A stretch of 64,000 nt of DNA, taken from the NCBI RefSeq assembly GCF_964213995.1, contig NC_135823.1:49600001-49664000 (forward strand), in the 5' to 3' direction. The notes beneath the pieces were generated by a model. The model saw only the letters and a program-made list of their open reading frames with translations. It did no database searches and was not told the DNA's origin. Origin of the DNA: Mustelus asterias (taxonomy: Eukaryota). This document shows positions 24,251-38,141 of this stretch, one piece after another. Each line of letters opens with the position of its first letter. Position 1 is the first letter of the stretch. Position numbers and translations under genes: made by a program.

Positions 24251-25698
24251 TTGTATTCTCTTCCATCCTTTTGAAAGTCGCATTGTTTTCAATTTGGAAT
24301 GAATAGCGTTTGCCACATACTGCCGTGATGTAATGTTGATTTTTTTTTGAGTTGCCTCATTCTGTTAGAAAGTTATTGTGATGGCAGATTGCAACACTAT
24401 CTCTCCCTACCCCCACCATGCAGATGGTTAGAGGGAACTCTCAGGAATCCTGCTACCATCTCACTGCAGGCTGGCATTAACCAAACTGCTACGTGTTAAT
24501 GTTGTGTAGGTTCGAAATTAACGTGAGGTGCCAGGAGCTCTGGGTCACTTTGCATTCCTTGCCTTGATTGACTTCTAGTTCTTATGTTGATGGGCGATAT
24601 TCCAATAACTCTTGCATACCAATAAGGATCAGGGGTAGGCAATTCAGCTCCTTGAGCCATCGCTGCCATTTAATAAGCTGATTAACATACTCAAATCTGC
24701 ATCCCTCCTATCACACTCTTGCTTACCAACAATCTGTCCGCTTCTGCCTTTTTAAATATTTGACGCTCTGCTTCCACTGCCTTTTCAGGAAGTGTTCCAA
24801 AGATTCACCACCCTCCCAAGAGAGAATTTCACCTCGGTCTTAAATGGATGACCACTTAACAATGAATTGTTTAAAAGCAGCAGTCAAATGCTCCAACAGC
24901 TGATAACTTGTGTTTATGTAGTGGCTCTTAATGTAATAATGTCCTGGGAGTGCCTCACAGGAGTGTTATCAGGTAATATTAGGACAGATGTCCAAAGCTT
25001 CGTCAAAGAGGGAGATTTAAAAGAGTGTCTTAACAGAGGAAAAGGTTTGGGTGGTGGGAGAGAGAATTTCAGAGCTTGGGGCTCGGGCATAACCAGGATT
25101 TATTAAATTGGAAGAACACCAAGATTTCTGATGGTTATGTATTTGGAAAAGGTTCGAGAGGTAGGGTGTGAGGCCATGGGAGGGAAAGATTAGAAAACAA
25201 GGATGAGTTTTAAAATTGAGGTGTTGCTTTACTGGGAGCCAGTGAGGGCCAACAAGCATGGAGTAATGGATGAACAGGAGTTGGTATGAGGAAGCTTTCA
25301 GGCTGCAGAGTTTTCCATTCCCTTCCTTCGAATTCCTGTTCCTTCTCTCCTATCAAAACCAGGAGCTCTCTGTCTTCCTTATGTTAAACTCCTGACAGTC
25401 AATAGTCAATCTTTACTTGGTTTTAGATTTAATCGCAGATTACAAATTTATAGCTCCTAACTCCACAAACCCAACACCAGTGTCTCTTTACATGTGCTCA
25501 AGTATTCATCTAAAGAATGCTCTCCATCTGTACATATCGATGTTAATACACTACTAGCTTTCAGATTAGCTTTCTGGGTTTGCAACAAGATCTGTAAATG
25601 ATTTTAATAAGAGTATTGACCTGCTGTGGAGGTATTTGTACTTGCAGCTGGGATGTATCTGTTGTTTAGCTTTTTTAGTGACAATTTTGATTTTCTGC

Positions 25699-25853
25699 TG
25701 TTGGGTATGGTTAGTCCCAGGATGGGTAACGGTTGGACAGATGTTTGGGTATGGTTAGTCCCAGGATGGGTAACGGTTGGACAGATGTTTGGGTATGGCT
25801 AGTCCCAGGATGGGTAACAGTTGGACAGATGTTTAGGTATGGTTAGTCCCAGG
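25699..25853 (+). repeat. 44-bp tandem repeat, about 3.5 copies
   Basis: ttgggtatggttagtcccaggatgggtaacggttggacagatgt. Confidence 0.9.
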
Positions 25854-26654
25854 ACAGGTGAAGGTTGCACATGAAAAGACACTTGCTTTTGTTTCTGCCC
25901 TGATGCCTCCCATATTTCTGTTTTGTATCCAAAAATAAGGGAAAGGTTCTGTTTAAAAGGTGTTTTTAAAAATGTAACAGAAATGGAGTAAAACAACACT
26001 TCCTGGGTCCCCAGCCAGAGCTCAGCATCTTCCAATAATTCAAATGTGAAGGGATCTCCTCTTCTTTCAGCTGATTCCTGGCTAAAGAATACAGGCCCCT
26101 TATTAATGAGGGGGGCTTCATCAGCACGAACAGTTGAATTTGTGCCTCTATGCCGTGTCTCATTGGGGTACAGTCCCATGAGTGTGGTCTTTATTTCAGA
26201 ACCTCACACTTGCTGTCAGTCTCAGCAATGATCACTGGGTCATCTATGAAATGACCGAGCATTCTATTCAGTATCAGCCTCTACAAATCTACAAGCACTT
26301 CAATTCAATAATGTTCCCCTTGGGGCAACAGGGGATGGGCAATAAGGCTGGCTTTGCCAAAAATGGCTACATTTGCAGAATGAAATGGCTAAAACTAAAA
26401 CCAGAAGGGTGCACGTTATATCCCATTAAAGTAGTGAGATGTCATGGCGTCAACCTTGGGACAGCTACAGACTATAATCTCTACACCTGCTTTTCATGTC
26501 ACAAAGCCCATAACTGAAGATAATTCTATTTAATCCTTCAAATGGGGAAGTAATCCACCTCTAAATAGCGGTGCCTCTGTGGGGAGCTCTCTGGCTTGAG
26601 TCATGTGGTTATGGGTTAGAACCTCATTCCATCAGTTGGTATACGATCTGCCCA

Positions 26655-27555
26655 TAACTTGCTGCATCTACTAGAATCCTTTGAAGATGTAACTAGTAGA
26701 GTTGACCAGGGAGAACCAGTGAATGTGGTTTATTTAGACTTTTCAGAAGGCTTTTGACAAGGTCTCACACAGCAGACTATTATGTAAAGTTAAGGCACAT
26801 GGGATTGCAGGAAGTGTCTTGAGATGGATAGAAAGCTGGTTAGCAGATGGGAAGCAAAGAGTTGGCATAAATGGGTATTTTTCTGATTGGCAGTCAGTGA
26901 CTAGTGGGGTTCTGCAGGGATCTGTCTAGATCCCCAACTGTTCACATTATATATTAATGATTTGGAAGAGGGAATTAAATGTATTATCTCCAAATTTGCA
27001 GATGATACAAAGTTGGGTGGGAGGGTGAGCTGAGATGGAGATGTTTCAGCGTGATTTGGACAGCTGAGTGTGTGGGCAGATGCAGTTAAATGTGAGGTTA
27101 TCCACTTTGGTAGCAATAATAGGAAGATAGATTATTTTGAATGAATGTAAATTGAGAGAGGTGGATACTCAGTGACACCTTGGTGTCCTCATGCATCAGT
27201 CGCTGAAGGTAAAGCATGCAGGTATAGCAGGCAGTAAAGAAGGCAGATGGTATGTTGCCTTCATAAAGCAACAATTTGAGTATAGGAGTAGGGATGTTTT
27301 ACTGAAATTACATAGGGTGTTGGTGAGGCCATACTTGGAGTATTGTGTGCAGTTTTGGTGTCCTTTATCTGAGGAAGGATGTCCTTGCTATAGAAGGAGT
27401 ACAGTGAAGGTTTACAAGGCTGATGGCAGGTCTGTTATATGAGGCATGACTCAGTCGGTTAGGATTATATTCATTGGAGTTTAGACTGGGAGGGGATCTC
27501 ATAATTTTATAAAATAATAACAGGATAGATTCAGAAAGGATGTTCCTGATGGGGT
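26655..27555 (+). mobile_element. CR1-type LINE RT fragment, degenerate
   Basis: Remnants of LDFQKAFDKV, KFADDTKLGG, VRPYLEYCVQFW with frameshifts. Confidence 0.85.
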
Positions 27556-27900
27556 GAGCTCATTTGCTGCTCTTCCGCCAATGTTATTGTCTGACTGTGC
27601 CTGAATTATGTGGTCAAGTTTCTAGAGTGGGACTTGAACCTTTAACTTCTGATTCTGAGGGGAGAGTGCTACCAATGACATCAGGATTAGTACCATTCTA
27701 TGCAATGGCTCTTAGCAGCAGAATAATACACCGCTTTGCAATATATAAACTCTTCCAAAGCAGCACAATGGGCTGAATGCCCTGCTATACTGTGATACAT
27801 TGGTTAATCTTGTACCCTCTGATGTTGTGTTGCCATGTGGAGATCTGTTGGCTATTTAAGCTATTAATGTTTCACTTATTTGACAAGGCACTTTGGGGCG

Positions 27901-28584
27901 ATGGATAATATGGAACCACTCACTGAGGACACAGGGAGTCCCTTGGAGTGTGAGGACTACATGTTTCTTGAATCAGAGCATTCGAGTAAAGTTCTGGATG
28001 GACTCAACAGCCTGCGACTGAACAATGCTTTCTGCGATGTTATTCTGTGTTGTGACGGTCAGGAATTCCCCTGTCACCGTATCGTGCTGGCCTCCTTCAG
28101 TTCCTACTTCAGGGTCATGTTTTCTACAGATCTGGTTGAGTCCCGGCAGGAGCGTGTGGCGATAAATGGTGTCGAGCCACAGATGGTGGGTTTGTTGGTG
28201 GTATATTCCTACACTGCCCGCGTGCTCATTACGAGAGCCAATGTCCAGGCCCTGCTGGCAGCTGCCAACCTATTGGACATCATGCCCGTGCGGGAAGCCT
28301 GCTGCAAGTTCATGGAGCGGCAGATGGATGAAACAAACTGCGTGGGCATCCATTGCTTTGCCGAGGCCCACTCCTGTGTGGAACTGCAGACAAAGAGTCT
28401 GAATTATATCCTGCAGCATTTCAACGTGGTTCAGATGCAGGAGGAGTTCCTCTCACTCTCGGCAGAGAAGCTGACGGAAATTATCGCCAGCGACGACCTA
28501 AGCATCCCCTCGGAGGAGATGGTCTTCGAAGCTGTCGTCCTCTGGTTGGAAAAGGATCCCTCGAGAAAACAGAACTTTGAGAAG
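27901..28584 (+). CDS. BTB-BACK-Kelch (KLHL-family) protein, coding exon 1 (BTB and BACK)
   Basis: MDNMEPLTED...FCDVILCCDGQEFPCHRIVLASFSSYFRVMF...NVQALLAAANLL...NCVGIHCFAEAHSC; donor AAG/gtaagg. Confidence 0.93.
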
Positions 28585-31006
28585 GTAAGGGTATTGTCGA
28601 AGTCCTAACCTCTTCGCATTGAGGTGTTTAAAATTTGAGTGCCGGGAGGAGTTTTATATCAGAGGGTGGTCTACAATGAGGAGTTATGGGTGCACGATTA
28701 AATAGAAAGATTTGGGACAGAGGAAAACACATTTTCCCTACACCGGAATGTCCCCAAACTCAGTTAGTGATTCAAGCAAAGACAGAGTCAACATTTTAAG
28801 TATAGGTTTGATAGTGTACTGTCTGTGTGGAGGATAAACGCCATCACATAGGGGGCTGTGTGGCTTGTTTCCATATTATTTCTATGTAATTTAATTCTAA
28901 GGAGTATTTGGCACTAGCAATTTCATATAGAATAAGACCGCAGATATGGACGTCCCTCAAGTTTGCCCCAGTTCTTGGAGCAGGCCACTCACCTGCTCTT
29001 TCCTTGTATCTCTGCAATTTCCTTTCTCCCAGGTATTCCTAATGTTTGTAGATTAACTTCCAACAGGAACAGCAAATTGGATCTGATCTGTCATTTCCCT
29101 AGTTTTGTTATTTTCTGAATCTCAATCTTTGGATCACTGCATTCCACCATTTCTGGCTTCTTTGTACATCTCCAGTTTTAATCACTTCATCGTTTATGGC
29201 TGTGTCTTCAGTTGCTGGACCCCAAGCTCTGAAATTCCCTCTCTAATCCTCTTGTATCTCTCTCTCTCTCAGCCATCTGCTATTTCCTCCCTCAAAAATT
29301 AATAGCTTTCTTATGATGTGCTTTGTGATGTTTTGCTATGTTAAAGATGCTATATAAATGCAAGTTGTTTGTTTCTCTTTTTTGGAGATAGAGATTAGGT
29401 CTGGATTTTTGAGCCTCTGAGCAACCACATTTTTATAAAACTGGGGATCGTTCTTGTGACTGGTATCATGGTAATGTAACTTGCACATGAATGATACTAA
29501 TCTGTAATTTAATCGACCGATCAACCACTAAAAGGATGTCCAAAAAGCAAGAAAAGTTACTGACTTAAGATGGCTGCCACAAGTCATCTGATATTGCAAG
29601 ACTAGTCATTGGAAAGTTCCATATTTGAATTATAACACTGAACTTTTTCTTTGAGTCCTTTACTGATATCTGTGGCAAATTTTTCTCCACCGTGATCTTA
29701 AAGTTCCAGGAGTGGAAGCCCCATGAGAGACAAATTTACTTTTAAAACATATAATCTGTTCTTCCAGATTTTGTATCCGAGATTCCTTTTGATGACAATT
29801 CATTATCTGTGTTGGATTTTTAATGCAATTAGAGATAGGAGCTTGTAGATGCATCTTTGGCAGCTTTTTAATGACTTGCATACTGTAATGAAGGACTTTA
29901 AAAAAAAAAAATGGTTACTCCAGTTATATGAGCTTTCTCCCCACTGTGATTTTAGAAGGTATTTGTTTGGCTGATGTCTGAACAGACTGTGGCTATTATC
30001 CCATGGCCTATAATGTCCCAGACGTTAGCTTCTGAATGATTCATCAAGATAGATAATGAAAACATTTATTGTCCTGTTAGACTTCAATTCACTTGAGAGG
30101 TAACCTTCTAGAAATGCAAAAAAAGATCCAGAGCAGTTTCAGTAAATGTTTTCAAGTAGTTCTTGACATCATGAGAATGTTATGGCACGTCTGAATTGTA
30201 ATTCACGTTGGAACTTTCCAGAAACTGGTCAACTTGCAATGCCAGACACCCGGGTGACTTGGGGCAGCCATCTTCAATCTGTGAAATTTACAGATTGTTC
30301 ATGCACAATATGAATCATTGTGACACTGGTTATTGTCCCTTTGACATGAATATCTGCACCCCCAATTTAGGATTGCTTGGTTATATATTTGGAACAATTC
30401 CAAGAAACAATTTATTTGTTCTGTTTCTGTCCTTCCATTATTTTCTTCCACAAATTCTCTGTAGTTAGCTTCCATGGTGAGGGTGATTTGATACCGTGTG
30501 CCTACACTTACTGTGCAGATAGTGAGGTAGGAACAGTGCCTGATGCTAGTGAAGACTGTCTACTGGTCATCCAAGTCAATCTCATAATTTTGGAATTAAG
30601 ATGGAGATGGTTCTCAGTCTAGTAATTATTCACCTCTCCAATGTTATATTGAGCACCCTGCATATCTGCTATTTCCACTTGTTGAAATCAAAAGATGTAA
30701 AGCTTAATTTAGTAGATCACACCCATAATCTACTGATCTAGCCGCCGCCTTTTTAAATGTGGCTCAAAAACCACCTCCCCCAACCAGTTAAACAGATTCT
30801 ATAACTTGCTGATTAACAGGAGTAGGGTCACTGAAACATTAAAGGATACCATCCAGCTCCTTGCACATGAGCATGTACAGAGGAATGTTATTTGATCTAT
30901 TGCTTCCAGACTGGGATTAGGGGAGAATTGGGTATATTTTTGACAACAGTTTACTTTATTTGTATAGGAAATTGCAATCACAATCTTTCTTTTAAAAACC
31001 TTTCAG

Positions 31007-31193
31007 GTATTGGAGCACATTCGTCTGCCCTTAATTAGCCCTTATTACATCCACGATGTCGTCGAGTCACTGAACATCATCCAGGAGTCTCTTCCTTGCC
31101 AGCGATTGATTTCCGAAGCAAAGGACTACCTCTTGTTACAAGACAGACGTGGGGAACTCTACAGCTCCAGGACCCGTCCTCGCAGGTCGACAG
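31007..31193 (+). CDS. KLHL-family coding exon 2
   Basis: VLEHIRLPLISPYYIHDVVE...SSRTRPRRST (end of BACK plus RT.PR linker); ttcag/gtcagt. Confidence 0.93.
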
Positions 31194-32729
31194 GTCAGTG
31201 CAGCTGTCAACTGACACTTGTAAAAGCAAGGACTTTGGCTATAAAGTGTTTTAAGACGTCCTATGAAATATCTTTCAAAGTGCAGTCACTGTTGTAATGT
31301 AGGAAATGTGTACAGCAAGCTCTCGCAAACAGCAATGTGATAATGACCAGATAATCTCTTTGTGATGTTGATTGGGGAGTAAATATTGGCCAGGACACTG
31401 GGGCAAACTCCTCTGCTGCTCCCCCTGGCATTTTCTTATGCCTGCCTGAGACAGCAGATCTTGGTTTGGGGTTTATTAAAAGATAGCTTTCCCACATTGC
31501 AGCTCTCCCTCAGTACTACATCGGGAGTGTTGGCCTGGATGATTTGGTCGAGTGGGACTTGTGCCCATAACCCTGTATCCCAGTGGTTATAATAGAAAAA
31601 TGATCTCCAATTGTTATCTCTTCCACCTTCTTCCATCAGGAAAAAGATACAAAGTCTGAGGTCATGTACCAAACCGACACAAGAACAGCTTCTTTCCTGC
31701 TGCCATCAGACTTTTGAATGAACCTACCTTGCATTAAGTTGATCTTTCTCTACACCCTAGCTGTAACTGCTACATTCTGCACTCTCTCATTTCCTTCTCT
31801 ATGAATGGTATGCTTTGTCTGTATAGTGCGCAAGAAGCAATACTTTTCACTGTATACTAACACATGTGACAATAATAAATCAAATCTACATCTTATTAAT
31901 ACTGACTCGATGGACCAAAGGGCTGCTTCTACACTGCATGATTCTAACAAAATAATTCTTTACTTCTGGCCAGTCAACGTTAGAAACATGCATTCAATTA
32001 GAAATGGGGACAGGAGTAGGCCATTCTGCCCCTCTAGCCTGTTTTGCCATTCAAACTTATGGCCTCGATTCCACTCTCCTGCCTACTGCACTACTGCCTT
32101 GGCCAACCCTGGGGAGTTTTGGAAGATTCTAAGCAATACAGCTACTACTTTATAGGGGACTCATCAGCCTTTATTCCCGTTAGTTTTCTGAGGACTTTCT
32201 CTCTAGTGATTATTTTAAGTTCCTCTTTTCCTTTTGTTCCCTGCTGTTACACTATTTTTGGGGTGCTTTTTGTACCTTCCATTTTAAAGCAAATACAAAA
32301 CGTTTCCTAATTTTCCACTATTAATTACCGAGTCTCATAGCTTTAAGGGATCAACACTCCTTTTAGCTAGTCTTTCCTTTTTATATACTTGTAGAAGCTT
32401 CTCTTGTTTTAGTCATTTTTTTTTGCAAATAAACCACTCCCAGTGGCTTCCTTTGCTATTTCTTAACTCCTCCCAGACTGTTTCTAGATTTTCATTCTTT
32501 GAACCAAGCTATCTTCTTACCGCTGGACTGATCTCATTCTTTATTAACAGAGCTATCCCACCTTTTTTCATTTCTTCCCAATTTTCTGAAATGTCAAATA
32601 TTCCTTCATAATACTTCAGATCCCAGCTGTGGTCTCTCACAGCTATCATTTTACTCTGTGCTATCAATTCATCCATCCTATGAAAGCTGTGGCCTCAAGA
32701 GCCTTAAATTCTGTCTTTTTACCATTTCT

Positions 32730-32925
32730 AAAAGTAAAGTTTGTTTTAGTCACAAGTAAGGCTTGCATTAATACTGCAATGAAGTTACTGTGAAATTCCC
32801 TAGTCGCCACAGTCTGGCACCTGTTCGAGACAATGCACCTAACCAGCACATCTTTCAGAATGTGGGAAGAAACCGGAGCACCCGGAGGAAACCCACGCAG
32901 ACACAGGGAGAACGTGCAAACTCCT
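32730..32925 (-). mobile_element. HE1-type V-SINE fragment with alternative 3' tail
   Basis: V-domain plus cacagtaacttcattgcagt tail. Confidence 0.75.
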
Positions 32926-33971
32926 ACTCTGACCTTATTTGCTGGTGCACTCTTGCACTTGTACGCTCTATCTTGTCCTGTCCAAAAAAAAAAGCAGAAC
33001 AAGCCCAATTAATGTCCCATCAGTTTACTCTCCATCATTTGTGATTGTGCGATCTTTTGCAACTCCCAAAGGGAGCAGACAGGATCTTGGTTTAATGTCT
33101 TATCCAAAAGACTGTGCCTCCAACATTGCAGCACTTGCTCAGTACTGCACTGGGAATATCAACCTAGAATCTGTGCCTAAGGCTTATGAGTGGGACTTGA
33201 ACTCACAACCTGAAGGCTCAGAAGGTGAGAATATTACCCACTGAACCAAGGCTGATGTGCATGTTGTGATGCTGCACTGTTGTAAACAGAAAGCAAGAGA
33301 GTGTGTGTTTCATTTTCCTGAAATGATGATTTAAACTGAGCTGAGTTACTAACAAAAAAATTCCCCTTTTTTTATAAAAGGTTCATTCTTGAGAGATTTT
33401 CTGTATCTAAATAACTACTTTTCCATCTCCTTCCTCGACTTTCCCCACCCCTATATTTTCACCAAGAACTCAAAGTACAGAACAAATGGTATCTGCTCGG
33501 GAAATCCTGCCGCTCCCTCCTGAGGGTCATTGTCCAATTGTAATCATGGTTTCAGTAGAGGGAGTATAGTGCAATTTGAAACACCTGTGGGATTGAGCCC
33601 GCCCCCACACTAACTAAATAGTGAACTCATCAGTATCGGTGCAAACTTTACAACCCACTGCCCTTTAACTCATCAAATTCACAGTCAAGTTTCAAGGTGG
33701 TCACAGTGCATTTTTTTAAAATTAAGTTTTAATCTGGCCCAGATGCCCTTGGCAGTGTTGTCCCAGGATTTGTCTGGGTCCTCTGTGGCCTCTCTTGTAC
33801 AAGGTCAAACTGTGGAACTCACCCTGTGGCCTGCTTTTTTGGATTAGACTGAAATACTTGTGCAGTGTGGGGAGAAGGTTGCTGGCAATGTCAGCTGTTA
33901 ATAGATCCTACTCTTATTCATTGCTTTCTCTTTGTCCAGTCTTATTCGCTCCACATCCCTCCATTTTGACC

Positions 33972-34310
33972 ATCCCAGTGCAGTACTGTGGGAGTGTTTC
34001 ACTGTCAGAGGTGCCTTTTTTTTTCAGAAGAAACATTAAACTGAGGTTCTCTCTGAATGCAAATGATCCCATGGCTCTAGTTTAAAGAAGAACAAGAGGA
34101 ATTCCTCCTGGTTTCCTGACCCATATTTGTCCATCAACCAACACCCACTAACATAGATTATTGAATCACTGTTTGTGAGAACTTGCTCTTTCTGTGCCCA
34201 AATTAGCTGCTGTGTTCCCCACACGACAACAGCGATGACCCTTCTTCAAAAATACTCCATTGCCTGTGAAATTCTTTGGGGTGTCTTGGGGTTGTGAAAT
34301 GTGCACCGGA
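33972..34310 (+). mobile_element. DeuSINE (SacSINE1-like) copy
   Basis: cccagtgcagtactgtgggagtgtttcactgtcagaggtgcc...gatcccatggc Deu domain; other copies at about 13740-14270, 31270-31570, 33050-33255 and 4640-5200. Confidence 0.7.
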
Positions 34311-34380
34311 AGTCTGTCTTTATACCAGTTCTGGGTGGTTTAATGTTTTAAGAATAGTATTGGCTGTTTTTCTGTTCCAG

Positions 34381-34527
34381 GTACAACTGAAGTGATAATT
34401 GCAGTTGGAGGGGAAGATGATAAAGTGGTTCTTCGCAGTGTGGAAAGCTTTGATCCCATTGGCCGTCAGTGGAAATGCCTTGCCTATTTGCCCTTTGCTG
34501 TTAGTAAACATGGACTTGTCGCATCAG
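34381..34527 (+). CDS. KLHL-family coding exon 3 (kelch)
   Basis: GTTEVIIAVGGEDDKVVLRSVESFDPIGRQWKCLAYLPFAVSKHGLVAS; ccag/gtctgc. Confidence 0.93.
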
Positions 34528-34581
34528 GTCTGCTTGAGATGAATCTTTCATCACTGTCTATGTTCAGTCAAATTGAGTTTA

Positions 34582-34886
34582 AGGTTAAAGTTTATTTATT
34601 AGTGTCACAAGTAGGCTTACGTTAACACTGCAATGAAGTTACTGTGAAAATCCCCCTAGTCGCCACATTCCGGCACCTGTTCGGATATACTGAGGGAGAA
34701 TTTAGCATGGCCAATGCACCTAACCAGCGCGTCTGTCAGACTGTAGGAGGAAACCGGAGCACCCGGAGGAAACCCACGCAGACACTGGGAGAACATGCAG
34801 ACCTCACACAGACGGTGACCCAAGCCGGGAATCGAACCTGGGTCCCTGGCGCTGTGAGGCAGCCGTGCTAACCACAGTGCCACCCC
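34582..34886 (-). mobile_element. HE1-type V-SINE with alternative 3' tail
   Basis: tRNA head and V-domain plus ttcacagtaacttcattgcagtgttaacgtaagcctacttgtgacactaataaataaactt tail. Confidence 0.85.
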
Positions 34887-37222
34887 TTGCTGAATATTTT
34901 CCAAGGTTTCACAGAACCTTTTTAACGGGAATTAGTGATGCCATCCATAATATTATTATTTGTAGATATGGGGTCAAAAACAGTGAATGAACACAGGAGA
35001 GATACAGCACAGAAACTGGCCATTTGGCCCAATCAGTCCCTGGTGTTTATGCTCCACTTGAACCTCCTTCCATCTTTTCTGACCGAAATCCATCAATGTA
35101 ACAGATTAATTCCCTTCTCCCTCATTTGCTAGTCTAGCGCCCCCTCTGTACTCTTCATTTCAACCACTCTGCTAACAAGTTCCACATTCTCGCCACTCTT
35201 TGGGTGAGCAAAGAACCAAGTTGTTTTTGAATTCTTGTTGGATTTCTTAGTCGCTATCTTAGTTTATTCACTCTATCAGAACCATTCATAAGTTTAAATA
35301 ATGTTTCCAGGTCACCCCTGCCCCCAGCCTCCCTTTTTGATAGAGGAAAGAGATCCTGCCTCATGCATTTCAGATAGCATCCTTGTAAATCTCTGCATTG
35401 TCTCCAATACCTCATTATATTATAGTGACCAGAGCTGCATGCGGTGCTAAAGTGCAGTCTAACCAAGGTTGTGTATACATATTTAGCATAATTTCCCTAC
35501 TTTTGATCCTGTCCTTCTAGAAATCTATGCTTAGTGTGACTCTGACCTATGGTACAATGTTTAGTGATTGGTACCTTTGTTCCTCTACCCCACCTAGACT
35601 TGCAGCTCCCAGGTAATAAATAACCTCCCTATTCTTCCCAGCCAAATGCACTACTACATACTTTATCTGGGATCTGAGTTGCACTTCATTCTGCAAGTTT
35701 ATTATTGTCCTCCTATAGTTTGCAATTCTTCTCTCAACTTGATGTGGTAGACTACGTATTTTCCCAATTACATTGATTAAATAATTGTCCACATTTTGTG
35801 GAAAAGTTGAACCCCTTTCACTCCTCCCTCGCCATGCCTCGAGTTTTGTTTTGTCTTTCTCTCCTCATCCTGTGGACTGCGTCTCATTTGGAGCCACGGT
35901 CCCACTGGTTGATTCTTAACAGATTATATTTTGCAGCAAGAATAATCAGTGGCGGAAAGACTCCATTTGGCTTTCCAAAATTCTCAATTATGTGAACCTT
36001 CTGATGGCAAATCACTGAGCAGTTTGGATGTCCATGATCATTTTAAATGGGCAGTCTTTGGATCTGATCGTACTTTAGGGGGAAGAATGAATGGAATGGG
36101 TGGATTTAAAAAATAATAGGATGTTAAATTGAGGGAAAGTCTAATAACAAAAAGGTTGCTAACATTCCCTGATCACTTAATATTTGGAATGGTTTATACA
36201 ATTGGTTTATTAAAGCATTTCCACCTAGAGCATGAGAGGTCCCAGGGGAGTAAGCTCTTAGTGAAACATCCTAGGTTGACAGAGGGAGCAGCTTATTTAA
36301 AATTTATTTAGCTGTTTGGTGCTGCTTGTTGACGTATGGGCAGCTGTGAAGTCAGCTGCCTTATTGTTCATCTCCTTGTAATCTGTGTCATCTATTGCAA
36401 GCTCAGTTCAATTGCTAGCACATTCTTTGTCTCCAATTTAAGAACTAGGAGCAGGAGTAGGCCATCTGGCCCCTCGCGTCTGCTCTGCCATTCAATAAGA
36501 TCATGGCTGATCTTTTCGTGGACACAGCTCCACTTACCCACCTGATCATTTCGTTCCTTTACTGTTCAAAAATTTATCTATTCTTGCCTTAAAAACATTC
36601 AACGAGGTAGCCTCAACTGCTTCACTGGGTAGGGAATTCCATGGATTCACAACCCTTTGGGTGAAGAAGTTCCTCCTCCACTCAGTCCTAAATCTCCTCT
36701 CCCTTATTTTGTGGCCATGTCCCCTAGTTTTAGTGCGCCACCTGCATTTATGTAGCGCCTTAACTTGAGTAAAATGCCCCAAGATGCATCACGGGAGTGT
36801 CATCATATAAAATATGACACTGAGCTCCATACAGAGACTTGGTATGAGCTGGTGAAAATGAGGGCAAAAAGATTTTATGGGGCAATTTAAAGGGGCTTTG
36901 ACGTGGAGAGGTTCAGGGAGGGAATTCCAAAGGGGTCCATCTTTATAAAACAAAGGGGAAATTATTAACCTGTGGTCTGCGGTCCCACAAAGGGTATACA
37001 TTTTGTTCTGCTTTAGACGCTGCCCAAGAACACGAGTGTAATTATTGGAACGAGCAAAAATTCAATGGGAGAAATGCTGATCCTGGCATTTTCCAACACT
37101 GGATTTTTTGTTTGCTATTTGAGCTTGCTGTGTAATACCCACAAGCATTGCAGCTTGTGCTGGGCCTGTAAATTTATCCAATCGGAATGACTGGATGAGT
37201 TTGACTGTCTTTCTTTGCTTAG

Positions 37223-37351
37223 GTTCTACCCTTTACTTGGCTGGAGGAGAATTTCCGGATGGTTCTGCGAGTAAAGAGATGTGGCGCTACGACCCGTGTT
37301 TTGATATGTGGCACGAGATGGCAGCAATGAATGTGGCACGTTCTGAACTGG
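37223..37351 (+). CDS. KLHL-family coding exon 4 (kelch)
   Basis: GSTLYLAGGEFPDGSASKEMWRYDPCFDMWHEMAAMNVARSEL; ttag/gtaatt. Confidence 0.93.
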
Positions 37352-37835
37352 GTAATTGCATTTATCAAACATGTCTCTAACACTTGTACCTTCACTTCCC
37401 TCCCTTTAAGTTGTCTGTGTGCATCTATACAGTGAGTGAAGGTGACTGTCAGTTAGCGCCTCCTGCAGGATGGGCCTGGCTCAGCATTCAGGCAATGTGG
37501 ACACTTTTTTTTTCTTGAGTGAGGATTCAGTTAGGAATGATATTTTGAAACACTTTTTATTTAGGGTATGGGATGTCTTAACAAGGTCTTGGGGTCAGAT
37601 GTTTGAAACCTGTAACCATGACAGCAGTAGATAAGACCACTCACGACTGGTCAACCTGATTAATGGTTACGTCACCTATCTGCCTCCAGACTGCCAGTGG
37701 CTTTGGAGGGGAACAGGATCCCTCAGGGGAGAAAATGCCATCAAAAGGCTTATGAGCTAAATGAATGAAACAGCAACCTGCAAGGGACAAAGCCCCAGTA
37801 CAGAACAAGCTCACTGGGTGAGTGACTCTGATGTA

Positions 37836-38141
37836 AATCATAGAATCCCTGCAGTGCAGATTGAGGCCATTCGGCCCATTGAGTCTGCACCGACTGCAAT
37901 CCCACCCAGGCCCTATTCCCATAACCCCACATATTTACCCTGCTAATCTCCCTGACAGTAGGGTCAATTTATCATGGCCAATCCATCTAATCTGCACATC
38001 TTTGGATTGTGTTAGGAAACCGGAGCACCCGGAGGAAACCCATGCAGAACGTGCAAACTCCATACAGACAATGACCCAAGCCGGGAATCGAACCTGGGTT
38101 CCTGGCGCTATGAGGCAGCAGCGCTAACCACTGTGCCGCCC
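37836..38141 (-). mobile_element. HE1-type V-SINE
   Basis: Same consensus. Confidence 0.88.
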